DNA of 38,727 nt, taken from positions 1 through 38,727 of IMG/VR virus record IMGVR_UViG_3300030116_002574. One strand, 5' to 3'. Under the pieces are notes generated by a model that was not told the origin of the DNA, made no database searches, and was given only the letters and a program-made list of their open reading frames with translations. The position numbers and the translations under genes are program-made. The stretch is from a virus (Duplodnaviria; Caudoviricetes). The stretch's first letter is position 1; each line of letters opens with the position of its first letter. Below, piece after piece: positions 8,738 to 19,600 of this stretch.

Positions 8738-8746
8738 TGATATAAT
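8738..8746 (+). promoter_or_regulatory. Extended -10 promoter (TGnTATAAT), leaderless
   Basis: TGATATAAT 7 nt before ATG 8754; no SD. Confidence 0.6.
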
Positions 8747-8753
8747 TTCCCAA

Positions 8754-9248
8754 ATGGGTATAAAAGCAGTTGGCGTACAGCCAGACCAAAATGTTAACTT
8801 TCCGCCAGACGCGGAAGTAATTTTTCGTGAATGGGCGGTCAACACATCAATCATTACTAACGTTTGTAGCACAAGAGTAGCTACTAGATTACCGAGAAAT
8901 GCTGATTTACCCTTTTTGACTTTCTTCGCTACTGGAGGAAGTTTAATAAGTAACACAAGTGACGCAGCGATAGCTGGTGTTGTTTTTCAAGTGAATTGTT
9001 ACGCAGGTAGATGGGGTGGAGCTAGTACTTCACAACCAGACTATGCAACTGCTTATCAATTAGCAAATGCGGTATATGAAGCAGCTTTTAAAACAGGACA
9101 AACCAGAGTTGTGACTCCAACAACTAGCACAGCAGGTGTAATTGTTGGTTTTGAGATTAATTCAGCTCCAGAAAGAATAGAAGAGACTGAAACTGGATTG
9201 GGACATTATCAGCTATCATTAACTATGTATTATAGAGGAACTGGCTAA
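8754..9248 (+). CDS. Tail terminator / tail completion protein
   Basis: PPDAE, RVATRLP...LPFLT, FQVNCYA, AYQLANAVYEA; lies upstream of the major tail gene. Confidence 0.8.
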   Translation: MGIKAVGVQPDQNVNFPPDAEVIFREWAVNTSIITNVCSTRVATRLPRNADLPFLTFFATGGSLISNTSDAAIAGVVFQVNCYAGRWGGASTSQPDYATAYQLANAVYEAAFKTGQTRVVTPTTSTAGVIVGFEINSAPERIEETETGLGHYQLSLTMYYRGTG

Positions 9249-9526
9249 TGGCTAAGAAAAAGAAAAAAGTAGAAGTAAAGATTAATCCTTTACTAAACAA
9301 GACTGTTGTTCGCGATACTGTGAGCGGAGTAGTGTTTAGTAGTGAATGGGTGGAAATAGACCCGGATATCTGGGAGCGCCTCAAAGTAAATAAATACAAT
9401 CAAGGTGGAGAGCGCATTAACGTCTTGATTAGTAACGAGGAAGAACCAGATGACTATTCAGCAGAGGAAGACAATGAATCTGTTGAAGAGGTAGTGGAAG
9501 ACTTCTTTATTGCTGAAGAAGAATAA
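9248..9526 (+). CDS. Hypothetical protein (basic N-terminus, acidic C-terminus)
   Basis: TAATG overlap with the previous gene; GAGG RBS. Confidence 0.7.
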   Translation: MAKKKKKVEVKINPLLNKTVVRDTVSGVVFSSEWVEIDPDIWERLKVNKYNQGGERINVLISNEEEPDDYSAEEDNESVEEVVEDFFIAEEE

Positions 9527-9533
9527 CCGGCAA

Positions 9534-9590
9534 AGCTGAAATCGACTTGAAAGAGTCGGCTGAGCTCAGCTGATAAGTATAAGTATAAGA
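9534..9590 (+). promoter_or_regulatory. Structured intergenic element upstream of the major tail gene
   Basis: TCGACTT-GAAA-GAGTCGG hairpin, outer AGCTGA/TCAGCT arms, 12-bp palindrome GCTGAGCTCAGC, then ATAAGT ATAAGT ATAAGA. Confidence 0.45.
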
Positions 9591-9607
9591 TAGTTAGGAG
9601 ACATAAA

Positions 9608-10261
9608 ATGTCATACAATACAAGCGGTACAATATCCGAAGTATTAATTGGTACAGGTGTTCTCTATTACAAAGATAGGACTACAAGTTCCTTAGCATTT
9701 CCGGGCGATAGCTCCGGTAACTGGGTAAACCCAACCGGAATGTCTGTTGCATGGGATGAAGTAGGATACTCAGAAGATGGCTGGACATTAGAAGTTGATA
9801 AAACTTTTGAAGATGTCATGGTCGCAGAAGAAGTAGACCCTATTAAAACTCTTAAATCAGCACAAGAAGTAAGACTTACTGGAGAGCTTTCACAAGCTGC
9901 ACAGAATAAGTTACAAATAGCAATGGGTGGTGGTACAATCACAGAAGACGATACTACTAACTTCGCCGCTGGGTATGATGTATACCTACCTCCATTGTCT
10001 GATACTTTCACAGAGTACGCACTTGTGTTGCACACAGATGGACCTGCTGGTGCAGACAGACAGTTCCACATTCCTAGAGCAGTGAATGTTGGTTCTTTCG
10101 CAATGGCTCACCAAAAAGCTCCAGCAAAAGTTAGTTTGGCTACAGAATTTAAGGTTCTTGTACCAGACTCAACTTTAAATGTTGGTAGCTCTAGCGGTGC
10201 ATACTACTTGTTCAGAGTTGTAGATAACACTAACGATTCAGACGAGTTAGATATTAACTAA
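9608..10261 (+). CDS. Major tail (tube) protein
   Basis: VLIGTGVLY, WDEVGYSEDG, typical size, AGGAG RBS, position before chaperone and tape measure. Confidence 0.9.
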   Translation: MSYNTSGTISEVLIGTGVLYYKDRTTSSLAFPGDSSGNWVNPTGMSVAWDEVGYSEDGWTLEVDKTFEDVMVAEEVDPIKTLKSAQEVRLTGELSQAAQNKLQIAMGGGTITEDDTTNFAAGYDVYLPPLSDTFTEYALVLHTDGPAGADRQFHIPRAVNVGSFAMAHQKAPAKVSLATEFKVLVPDSTLNVGSSSGAYYLFRVVDNTNDSDELDIN

Positions 10262-10287
10262 AATAATTAGATTGGAGATATTAGAAA

Positions 10288-10638
10288 GTGGTTAAATTTA
10301 AAGACTTTGATAAGGCTTTGGAAGCCGACAAAGAACCTTTGCAGATTAAAGTAGCTGGAAAGACCTACGAGTTACCAGCTACTTTACCTGCAAGAACAGT
10401 GTTAGCTCAAATGAAATATGCTAACGAAGGTGATGTAATCCCTATGGACTTATTACCAGAATGGATTGGCTCATTAGTGGGCGAAGATGTTCTGAATGAT
10501 ATGTTAGACAATGGTATGACTTGGGAGCAAATGAATGATTTGCTTTCTTACTTACTAGAAGCATACGGATTATCAGCACAACCGGACGAAGAGGTTGAAG
10601 CTGAAGGGGAAGAAGAGGACTCCGAAGCCCCAAAATAA
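10288..10638 (+). CDS. Tail assembly chaperone (lambda gpG-like)
   Basis: GTG start with GGAGA RBS; lies between tail tube and tape measure; ends at a slippery site. Confidence 0.88.
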   Translation: MVKFKDFDKALEADKEPLQIKVAGKTYELPATLPARTVLAQMKYANEGDVIPMDLLPEWIGSLVGEDVLNDMLDNGMTWEQMNDLLSYLLEAYGLSAQPDEEVEAEGEEEDSEAPK

Positions 10639-10964
10639 GTTGGTCCGTTCAAGATATACTTGAACTTTATGGGCCACTAGAAGCTGACTTTCTTCATTTA
10701 TATAACATTGAGTCACCACTTGATGTTGAATGGTTTCGTTTTTTAAGATTAATTTCTTATATGCCGAACGAAAATTCAACATTCTATAACATCCTCCGTA
10801 GTCGTCAATTAGAGATGACTGAGGATGGGACATTAGTAAAGAAAGAAAAAGCAGATACACATAGGTTAAAAATGGCCCTTCGTAAACAACACAATAGAAA
10901 TAAACCGAGACAAAGAGTGTCTCTTGATGAGATTATGGGCGATATAGGAGGAGCACGTGGCTAA
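10288..10964 (+). CDS. Tail assembly chaperone -1 frameshift product (gpGT-like, about 225 aa)
   Basis: The -1 frame from 10635 reads ISWSVQDILELYGPLEADFLHLYNIESPLDVEWFRFLRLISYMPNEN... without stops into ORF 10761..10964. Confidence 0.88.
10629..10676 (+). promoter_or_regulatory. Programmed -1 ribosomal frameshift signal (C CCA AAA plus 3' stem-loop)
   Basis: XXXYYYZ heptamer CCCAAAA in the correct phase just before TAA; 5 nt later TGGTCC-GTTCAAG-ATATA-CTTGAAC-TTTAT-GGGCCA hairpin. Confidence 0.88.
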
Positions 10965-13900
10965 TAAGTCCGGTGGAGTAGCCCCTTTCCTCGTTGCGTT
11001 CAAAGTCGATATGGACGACGCTACCAATACGGCGGCGAAAGAAGCAAACAAACTAGCCTCTACTGTTATGGGTGCCTATGGTAAATTAGGTGGCCTTGCT
11101 GGTGCAGTTGGTACTACAGCATTAACAACATTAGCTGGATTAGCAACAACTATGGCTTTCACAGTTGGTGCAGCTTCTAAATTTGAAGATTCCTTTGCAG
11201 GTATTAGAAAAACTGTTGACGCTAGTGAAGCTGATTTTAAATCATTAGCTGTATCTGTCAGAACACTTGCAACTGAAATACCTATTGCAACTAGTCAATT
11301 AAATGCAATTGGCGAGCTTGGAGGTCAGTTAGGCATTGACGCAGGTGGACTTCCTACATTTATTGAAACTATATCTAAATTAGGAGTAGCAACTAGGTTA
11401 TCTACTGAAACTGCTGCACTTGGTCTTGCAAGGATGAAAACTATTTTCCAACTTGCAGACGAAGATATATCTAAACTTGCTTCTTCATTAGTTGACTTAG
11501 GTAACAACTTCGCAGCTCTTGAAGATGAAATACTTTCTACATCATTACGATTAGCAGCAGGTGCTAAAGTAGCTGGAGCAACAGCCGCGGATACTTTAGC
11601 AATTGCTACTGCGTTACAAGCTGTTGGTGTTCAATCACAAGCAGGTGGTACTGCTGTCGCACGTGTATTCCAGCAATTAACTGTAGCCGTACAAGGAGGT
11701 ACAGAACAGTTAAATGTATTTGCAAGAGTATCTGGAATATTACCAGAGCAGTTCAAAGAGTTAGCTGAAAATAACCCAGCTCAAGCTCTTAACGTATTCT
11801 TACAAGGTTTATCAAGATTAAGTGAAGAAGGCGGTAATGTTGTAGAGGTTCTTGACGCATTAGGACTAAAACAGCAGAGAACTATCCGTGCTTTGTTAGC
11901 TCTATCTGAGGCAGGAGACCTAGTTACTGAAACATTAGCTAGAGGTAATGCTGCTTTTGAAATTAACAATGCTCTTAACGAAGAGGCTGCTAAGAGATTC
12001 GAAACTTTGAAATCTCAAACAAAGTTAATGAAGAATGCCTTTACAGAACTTCGTATAGAAATAGGTAATACATTCTTACCACTTGCAAAAGCATTAACGC
12101 AAGCATTGACTGGTGTTGCTGTTGCAGCAGCAGATGATGAAAAGAGTGCTGAAGTAGGATTTAGTAAGATGTCTAACTCTATGAAAGTACTTACAGGTGG
12201 TTTCGTAGCATTAGGTCTTGCTATGGCTATGCCTATATTTAACTTCTTCAAGTTTATATCTATACAAGCAAAAGTAAATGCTTCTACAGCTAAATCTGCA
12301 CAAGTACTTGCAGAAATGACAAGAGCAGAAATAAAACAACTTGCTTTAAGTGGTAAGAAAACACATGCTGCAAAATTAGCTAGAAAAATGATTGGTCAGC
12401 AGACTATGAGTTATATGAAGATGACTCAAGCTCTTAAAATGATGATGGGTCCTATCGGTATTGCTACAGCACTCATAGCAGGTTTTGGTATTGCAAATGC
12501 TAGAGCAAATAAGAACTCTGAAGCTTCAGCTAAACTATTTACTGAAACTGCTTCTGCATTCGTACCTTTACAGAATAAACTTCAACAAAAACAACAAGAA
12601 TTTAATAGATTGCAAGAAGAAGGTTTTGCTCCAGAAGTATTACAAGTTTATCAAAAAGAATTAAATATTATCGAAAGCGAACTATCTGATATAAACAATG
12701 CTGGTATCAGAGCATTTATGAACATACCTAAATTCATGAAAGATATATCAGTTGAAGAGGCAGAAAAAGTATCTACTGCTTTTAGAGTCTTAGGTAATCA
12801 GTATGAAGCTTTAGGAGATATAACAAGAGACCCAATCGAAGTAGAAACAATACAAATATCTGGTACAGAAGTTGCTTTGACTGGTAGTACAGGAATGAGT
12901 AATTTAAGTTTTATTGAACAAACTATAGGAGCAGAAGGAGACTTAGCAGAACAATTATCTGAAGCTATAGGTGTAGAACTAGAAGTAGTACAAAATTTAT
13001 TAGAAAAAGGTGACTTAACAGGATTGTTACAGCTTATTTCAGTAAAAGGATTAGATGACGCAAATGTTTTTCAAGAAGCAGGCGGTATTATAAATACTAC
13101 TGTAGCAAATATTAATGGTGCATTTTCAGAGGCAGAAGCCGGTTCAGATAAATTTACAGAAGCACAAAAGAGACAATTATTTTTCTTAAAACAACAAACA
13201 CCTGCTTTGTCAGAGCTAGGTAACAGAATGACAAATATTGATAAAGAACAAGAATTCTTAGCTGATAGTGCTCAAACATTAGTTGATAGATACAATGCTA
13301 TGGCTAGTGAAACAGGTCATTCAACTATTACATTAGAACAATTTATTGCAAGCTCTACAACAGCTGATAGAGTTATTCAAACTTTATACGGAAGCACAGA
13401 TACTGCAACTGATAGCAACAAAGCTTTTGCAGAAGCCATAGTAGAAGTTACACAATTTATTGGTGACCAAATAGATAAGATGAGAACTTTAGGTACAACC
13501 TTTAGTGACTTAAGTGATATTAAATTTATATCACCAGAAGATATCGTTGCAGGAACACAAGAAGTAGAAGATAGAATATCATTTATTACTAATGCTATCG
13601 GAATATTAGTTAGCCAAGGCCAAGTAGGTTTAGCTGCACAAGTAGCAAGTATCCAAGATACAGGTGAAGCATTTGGAACAGCTATTGCATTTTTACAAGG
13701 AATAGGTGACGCTTCATTAGCACCAGAGTTTTCAGAACTAAATCAAATGTTCATTGATAACACAGCAGAACTACAAGGAATACAAGGAACTAGTGAAGAG
13801 ATTACTCAAGAAATTAGAGACCAAATATTTGAACAAACTGGTTTGAATAGTGTACAAGCTGTAAATGCTCAAATAAACATGGACAACCTACAACTAGTCA

Positions 13901-15225
13901 AAGCTGCAACTTCTGCAAGAGAAGAAGAACTTGCTGCTATGTTGTCAATGTTCAGAATGAACGAAGACATCAAAAAAAGAAAACGAGCTATTAGAGATAC
14001 AGAAAAAGAAATAGCAGAATTACAACAAGATATTGTATTTGGTGACTTACAAATAAGTCTTCGTAAAAAAGAACAGTTAGAGGTTGATTTAGCAAGAGAA
14101 GCTGTATTAGAAGCAATAGATAAATTTGGTAAAGAAGGTGTAGTAACTGCTAGTGAAGAATTAGAACTATTACAAATGGGTCTCAATCTAGATAAGATGA
14201 GAGACAAGTTAAGTATGAAGATGACTGCACGTCAAAAGAAATCTTTACGAGACAAAGAAAAAGAAGTTAAGTTCTTAGAGTTAGCAGTAGAACAGGGAGT
14301 TGCTGAACAATTAGACTTAGACGCAGCTAGAGAAGAACTTGAAGAAATGCGTAACCCAATGTCTGAGGTTGAAAAGAAAATCTTAGACTTGCAAATCAAA
14401 GCAGCTGAAGCAGAACTAGCAGCTGCTGAATCCAGAGCAAAAGGTTTGTCTCCAGAAATTATTTCTGCTATTGAATCTTACAATGACCAATTAAAAGTAC
14501 AGCCAGAAAGATATCAAAAGATTGCTGACGCTACTGATAAGTACAATTCAATGATTGCAGAAAATAATATTAAGATTGCACAAAATGGTATAGCGATAGA
14601 CAAGTTAAGGCAAAAGTATCCAGACCTTAACAATATGTTTATGACCCTAGCTAAACAACTAGGAATACCAACAGGTTATGTACAAGAAGTATTAGTAGCA
14701 ATGGAAACAGAGTTTGCAAACTATGTTGCATTCCAAGACCAAGCACTACAAAACTTTATGAACGGAACTTTAGCTACTGTAGACCACACTAAGAAAGTTA
14801 TAAATGAAATATCTGAAGAACTTAGAAATCAAAATATATTTAACGGAATACAAATGTTTGCTAATCCTTATGTACCTAACACAGGACAAAGTGGTGTACA
14901 AGGAATAATTGGTCAAGGTGGATACTATACCGGTAGAAGAGTAGATATGAATAATTACACAGGTGGTAACGTTCCTATAGGTAGGTCATCACTTGTAGGT
15001 GAAAGAGGACCAGAAGTTATTATGTCAACACCGGGTGGTACATCAGTATTCTCTAATAAAACCGGAGCTGGTGTCGGAGGTGTTACAGTAGAGAATATGA
15101 ATTTGAATATCACAGGATTACCAGCAGACCCAATCACAGCTAGAAAAGTTGCTATAAACATTAGAAGAGAATTAACAAAACTAGAAAAAGAAGGTAATGC
15201 AGGAACAGGACTTAGAAATAGATAA
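10957..15225 (+). CDS. Tape measure protein (TP901-family core)
   Basis: 1422 aa, Ala/Gln/Glu-rich and helical; FEDSFAGIRKTVD, LVDLGNNFAALEDEI, AGGTAVARV, C-terminal GG.V...LVGERGPE; AGGAGGAG RBS with GTG start. Confidence 0.96.
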   Translation: MANKSGGVAPFLVAFKVDMDDATNTAAKEANKLASTVMGAYGKLGGLAGAVGTTALTTLAGLATTMAFTVGAASKFEDSFAGIRKTVDASEADFKSLAVSVRTLATEIPIATSQLNAIGELGGQLGIDAGGLPTFIETISKLGVATRLSTETAALGLARMKTIFQLADEDISKLASSLVDLGNNFAALEDEILSTSLRLAAGAKVAGATAADTLAIATALQAVGVQSQAGGTAVARVFQQLTVAVQGGTEQLNVFARVSGILPEQFKELAENNPAQALNVFLQGLSRLSEEGGNVVEVLDALGLKQQRTIRALLALSEAGDLVTETLARGNAAFEINNALNEEAAKRFETLKSQTKLMKNAFTELRIEIGNTFLPLAKALTQALTGVAVAAADDEKSAEVGFSKMSNSMKVLTGGFVALGLAMAMPIFNFFKFISIQAKVNASTAKSAQVLAEMTRAEIKQLALSGKKTHAAKLARKMIGQQTMSYMKMTQALKMMMGPIGIATALIAGFGIANARANKNSEASAKLFTETASAFVPLQNKLQQKQQEFNRLQEEGFAPEVLQVYQKELNIIESELSDINNAGIRAFMNIPKFMKDISVEEAEKVSTAFRVLGNQYEALGDITRDPIEVETIQISGTEVALTGSTGMSNLSFIEQTIGAEGDLAEQLSEAIGVELEVVQNLLEKGDLTGLLQLISVKGLDDANVFQEAGGIINTTVANINGAFSEAEAGSDKFTEAQKRQLFFLKQQTPALSELGNRMTNIDKEQEFLADSAQTLVDRYNAMASETGHSTITLEQFIASSTTADRVIQTLYGSTDTATDSNKAFAEAIVEVTQFIGDQIDKMRTLGTTFSDLSDIKFISPEDIVAGTQEVEDRISFITNAIGILVSQGQVGLAAQVASIQDTGEAFGTAIAFLQGIGDASLAPEFSELNQMFIDNTAELQGIQGTSEEITQEIRDQIFEQTGLNSVQAVNAQINMDNLQLVKAATSAREEELAAMLSMFRMNEDIKKRKRAIRDTEKEIAELQQDIVFGDLQISLRKKEQLEVDLAREAVLEAIDKFGKEGVVTASEELELLQMGLNLDKMRDKLSMKMTARQKKSLRDKEKEVKFLELAVEQGVAEQLDLDAAREELEEMRNPMSEVEKKILDLQIKAAEAELAAAESRAKGLSPEIISAIESYNDQLKVQPERYQKIADATDKYNSMIAENNIKIAQNGIAIDKLRQKYPDLNNMFMTLAKQLGIPTGYVQEVLVAMETEFANYVAFQDQALQNFMNGTLATVDHTKKVINEISEELRNQNIFNGIQMFANPYVPNTGQSGVQGIIGQGGYYTGRRVDMNNYTGGNVPIGRSSLVGERGPEVIMSTPGGTSVFSNKTGAGVGGVTVENMNLNITGLPADPITARKVAINIRRELTKLEKEGNAGTGLRNR

Positions 15226-15308
15226 TGTTATATTCACACGCAAATTTTCATATACACAAAGCTACTCACGATAATGAGTGGGTTGAATGGACTGAAGAAG
15301 AAGAATGA
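15225..15308 (+). CDS. 27-aa micro-ORF (His-rich N-half, acidic tail)
   Basis: MLYSHANFHIHKATHDNEWVEWTEEEE; TAATG overlap with tape measure stop and ATGA overlap with the next ORF. Confidence 0.6.
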   Translation: MLYSHANFHIHKATHDNEWVEWTEEEE

Positions 15309-15400
15309 ACAACTTAGCAGGTAGAGATTTAGAGCCATGCTTAGAGTGTGGAGATTATTTTTTTAAGATAAATTATGAAGTATGTGCGAGGTGTAGATAA
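15305..15400 (+). CDS. 31-aa zinc-ribbon micro-protein
   Basis: MNNLAGRDLEPCLECGDYFFKINYEVCARCR with two CxxC pairs; ATGA and TAATG overlaps on either side. Confidence 0.7.
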   Translation: MNNLAGRDLEPCLECGDYFFKINYEVCARCR

Positions 15401-16662
15401 TGGCTAATGACCATCAAATCACAATAGGACATTTAAGTTTTACATCTCCTCAATCATTGTCTCATAGCTCAATGGACGGCAGTAGAGATTTAACTCTTAG
15501 CGGTGTTATAGCTCATACTAATGCTACTGGTTTAGATGTAGATGAAGCTAAGTATATTAGAGATGAATTAGAATCTATGGCTAACTATGGACACTTTCAT
15601 CCATTTAGTTATACAGGTGATACCACACTTAAAGGTTATGTAAGAGTTAACTCTTCTGATGTTAGTGTAAATAGATATGGTGGTGCAGGTATTAGTTACA
15701 ATATATCACTAGCATATTTAGGCAACCCCGGTGAAATACGTTTTGAGTCACAGTTCTCTGGAGCAATATTAGAAAACAACCACAGTATTAGTTCTTCAGA
15801 TTCGCAGTTCTTTTCTCCACCAAGTGGTGCATTCTCAGTACACATACCAGCAGTTGGAACAGGTACTTCTCCTTCTGTTGAAGAAAGAATAGCTGAACAT
15901 GGTACATCAACTACTACTATGCAGTTCTTCTCTGGTAGTAATATTAGAGACAACAATATAGAGTTTGAATGTAATCCGGATGATTATTTAAAAGGTGCAG
16001 TAAAGATATCTACAAACGGCAAAGTAAGAAATGGTTTATTAAGTCCTAACCTTAACGTTGACCAAGCAACTATAGAAAATGGATTAGTTAAATTTACTTT
16101 GACTAATAGCAATACACAATCAAGATTTACAGTTTCTCTTTGGGAGAATGACGACTATCGTAGCGTAAAAGAATTCGCAGTTAGTAAAGGTTCTTCCGAA
16201 ACAGAATGGGATGGATGGAACACAGTACAAATAATTAAAAATTATGCTGAGTGTGGAACCTTAAGGTTTACTTCACAAGCAAATACTGATGGTAGTGGTA
16301 GGTTAACGTTTGATGTATCGTTACGAAGAGGCGCGAGATTTTTTAGTATCGTGATAAACTCTTATGGTACAGCCGATGAAATACATTTAGAGAGAACCAC
16401 AGCAGAGGCTAGTACTGCTGGGACAGGTTATATAGTATCTTCAAGCAACGACTCTGAAGGAAACTATTTCATCTTGGGCTCTCCAACTACCTTTAGTACT
16501 GACTTGACTAATGGTGGGATACACCTTACGGGAACTCAGATGAAAGCTTTTCTAGGTTATGTTCTAGATGGCTCTTCAGCAGCTGGACAAAACACAGCAG
16601 ATAATATGCGTGACGCATATCTGGACAGCATGTATGAGTACGTAAGGATAATTAAGTCATGA
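15400..16662 (+). CDS. Minor tail protein (distal tail/baseplate hub position)
   Basis: First large gene after tape measure; Ser/Thr/Gly-rich beta composition; GAGGTG RBS. Confidence 0.7.
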   Translation: MANDHQITIGHLSFTSPQSLSHSSMDGSRDLTLSGVIAHTNATGLDVDEAKYIRDELESMANYGHFHPFSYTGDTTLKGYVRVNSSDVSVNRYGGAGISYNISLAYLGNPGEIRFESQFSGAILENNHSISSSDSQFFSPPSGAFSVHIPAVGTGTSPSVEERIAEHGTSTTTMQFFSGSNIRDNNIEFECNPDDYLKGAVKISTNGKVRNGLLSPNLNVDQATIENGLVKFTLTNSNTQSRFTVSLWENDDYRSVKEFAVSKGSSETEWDGWNTVQIIKNYAECGTLRFTSQANTDGSGRLTFDVSLRRGARFFSIVINSYGTADEIHLERTTAEASTAGTGYIVSSSNDSEGNYFILGSPTTFSTDLTNGGIHLTGTQMKAFLGYVLDGSSAAGQNTADNMRDAYLDSMYEYVRIIKS

Positions 16663-19600
16663 GTGTAAACGAAAAATTAATGGCTCCGGGTACATTTAAT
16701 GTGTACCTTAATTTAGAGACAACACCTAATTCAGTTTTAAATACAATAACTCCTTGGGGTAATATTGTATTGACTTCTACTCGTGTAAATCCTACAGAAT
16801 TTACTGACGCACAACTTAGAAATATGGCTAGGTATGTTGGTATTGTACAAAACCAAACAATTACAGAAGAAGGTATAGAAGTTGGTGGTATAGGTATTCT
16901 TGGATATCTAGGTGATACTGATTCAAGAGGAATGGTATTAGCTAGAAATGCAGGAGTTGGTGCTGTTAGGTCTTACAGTAGAGACACTTTAGACGATGTT
17001 TTAGATAGAAGTACATCAACACCTTATGGTATTTTACGAGGTGAAGACGCTACACAGAAAGCAGTAAGAAAAGGTACAGTTGTAGAAGTACAGTACGATG
17101 ACACAGTTTTACTTTTAAATTACGAAGGTAGCAATGGAGATACAACTACTACTGATGGTTCTACATTTACATCTAATCAAGTTATAACTTTTAGTGGTAC
17201 TGCGGATATATCTACAGACCAAGCAAAGTATGGTAATACAAGTCTTCACTTAACTACTGATGGTTTTGTTACTGTAGCAGATAGACCAGAGTTAGATTTA
17301 ACTTATCAAGAATTTACAGTTGAGTGGTGGGAGTATAGAACTTCTTCAAGTGGTAATCCTACTGTTTGGGCAAGAAACAATGACACATACTCACCTTGGA
17401 TATTTGGTAAAGCTGTTGATGGAAATAATAAAGCTTTTATTACTCACGATGGTAATGGGTATGGAACAGATGAAGATTTAAATATAGATATGGGTTCTAT
17501 TGATTTAAACCAATGGAATCACTTTGCAATATCTCATAAAGGTGACCAGTTTAGAACTTTTAAAAATGGTGTAATACAACAAACCGATACAAGACCAGAA
17601 TTATTTGTCAGAGTTAGTTCTGATTCTTTACAGATTGGTAAAGGACAAGACGGCAACTTCTTCGAAGGATATCTTGATGGAATGGTTATTACTAGAGGTA
17701 ATGCAAAGTATTGGGACGCATTTACTCCTAGTACTTCTGCTCCTACAGCTACTACAGCTAACAAAACATACACAGGTAAGCATTACATGGAATCTGCTTA
17801 CAAAGCTCTTAAAACAATTTGTACAACTCTAGACGCAGAATTTAAAATGCAGAATGACGGAACTATCGATGTAGGACCTCGTACTTCATTATTTACAGGT
17901 CACGAAGATAATGAACCTACTGGAATGATTGTAAGAAGATTGTCTGGTTTAGACGCAGGTGTAAAAGGTTATTCTGGAGCAGATTTAAAGACAGAGTTTA
18001 ACGCAGAAGATTTTGTTAGTCGTGTTGAATTAATTGCTTCGCAGTATGGTAAAGAAATAAACTTAGGACAAGCAGACGCAAAAGATATACCTTATAAAGA
18101 TTTACACGGAAATGAATTAGAAAGAATACAGATATTATCTGAGAACGAAGTACCAGACTCTATGCGTGATATTAGAGCAGAGGCATACTTAAATGAATAC
18201 AACAAGGTTCAGAAAACATTATCTGTAGGACTAGAAGACTATGACCTATCTGGAGATATAGGCGTAGGTGATGTTATCTTTGTCTTCGACCCAGAAGTTG
18301 GTTTTGAAGATACACAGGCTGACGCAACATTAGAAAACAGAGATAGGCACGAGATAGCTTATCAAGGACAGATTTTAAATCCTATAAAGATTCGTGTTAT
18401 GGGATTATCATTCCCTATCACAGACAGTATGGGTGTGTTTTATAGAGACAGTAACGGAAACTATACAGACTTAACTGATTATGTATCTTTCGAGTCTGGT
18501 ATAACACAAGTAGAAGTTGGCTCTACAACTCCTAACATAAACGAAGACCTAAGAGCTTCAGCGGCAGTTATTGCTGTTGGAGGTACAAATGAGTTTACAG
18601 TACCAGACGCACCTACAAGTTTTGCTGCTGCTAGTGGTACTTATCAAGACGGAGCAGGTAGGCCTTTTGCTTTTGCTAAATTAACTTGGAACGAACCTAC
18701 AAACACAGATGGCTCAAGAATTACTGATGGTAATATGTATCGCGTTAGATACAGACAAGTTACAGATGTTGACGGAAACAATCTTATTGATAGTAACGAC
18801 AATCAAGTTACTGACTATGAGTATTTAACAGTAGAGTTTGGTACAACTGCTGTAGTTATAAAAGGTTTAGGACCAAATAACACTTATGAGTTTGGTGTTG
18901 CATGTATTGACAACTCTGGTTTCTCCGGAGGCTTTGCTGTTATTACTGCTTCACAAATGCCTGCTGACGCAACTATACCACCAGAACCTACTGCACCTAC
19001 AGGAAGCTTTGGTTCTATTGCGTCTAGTGCAACTAAAGTTCAAATTACACATAAGCTAGGTGCTGCAAAAACTGTTGCTGGTGCAGTTATATCTAGCCCT
19101 ACAAACTTTTCTTTACCTAGAGACATAGACCACTTAAATGTTTATCGTGGTACTACATCAAGCTTTACAATCAGTTCTACTAACTTTGTTGGTGAGATAG
19201 CAGCTAGAGCTGGTCACATTGACGGAAGTATTCCTGCAATAGGAACATTTGCTGCCTCAACAGCTGGTACTGCTTACTATAGAGTTACAGCAGTTGACGT
19301 AGCTGGTAATGAGTCAGACCCTTCTACCGCAGTATCAGTAACAGAAGAATTAATCTCTACAGCATTTATTGATGACGCAACAATTACCACAGCAAAGATT
19401 GGTGACTTAGCAGTTACAGACGCAAAGATAGATACACTTACTGCTGCAAAGATAACAGCAGGAACTATCAGTGGTAAAGAAATAATTATAGATACAGATA
19501 GTGCTACTGACCCATCAAACCCTGTACTAGGAACAATAAGGAGTAGCGGTTATGTAGCTGACAATGCTGGTTGGATAATTAAATCTGATGGCTCTGTTGA

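Noticed and set aside
9527-9575. c-di-GMP-I riboswitch or intrinsic terminator
   Set aside because: GGCAAA and a GAAA-loop stem are present, but the second stem and conserved junction are not evident, and there is no U-tract.
10761-10964. Stand-alone 67-aa gene
   Set aside because: No RBS; better explained as the end of the frameshifted chaperone.
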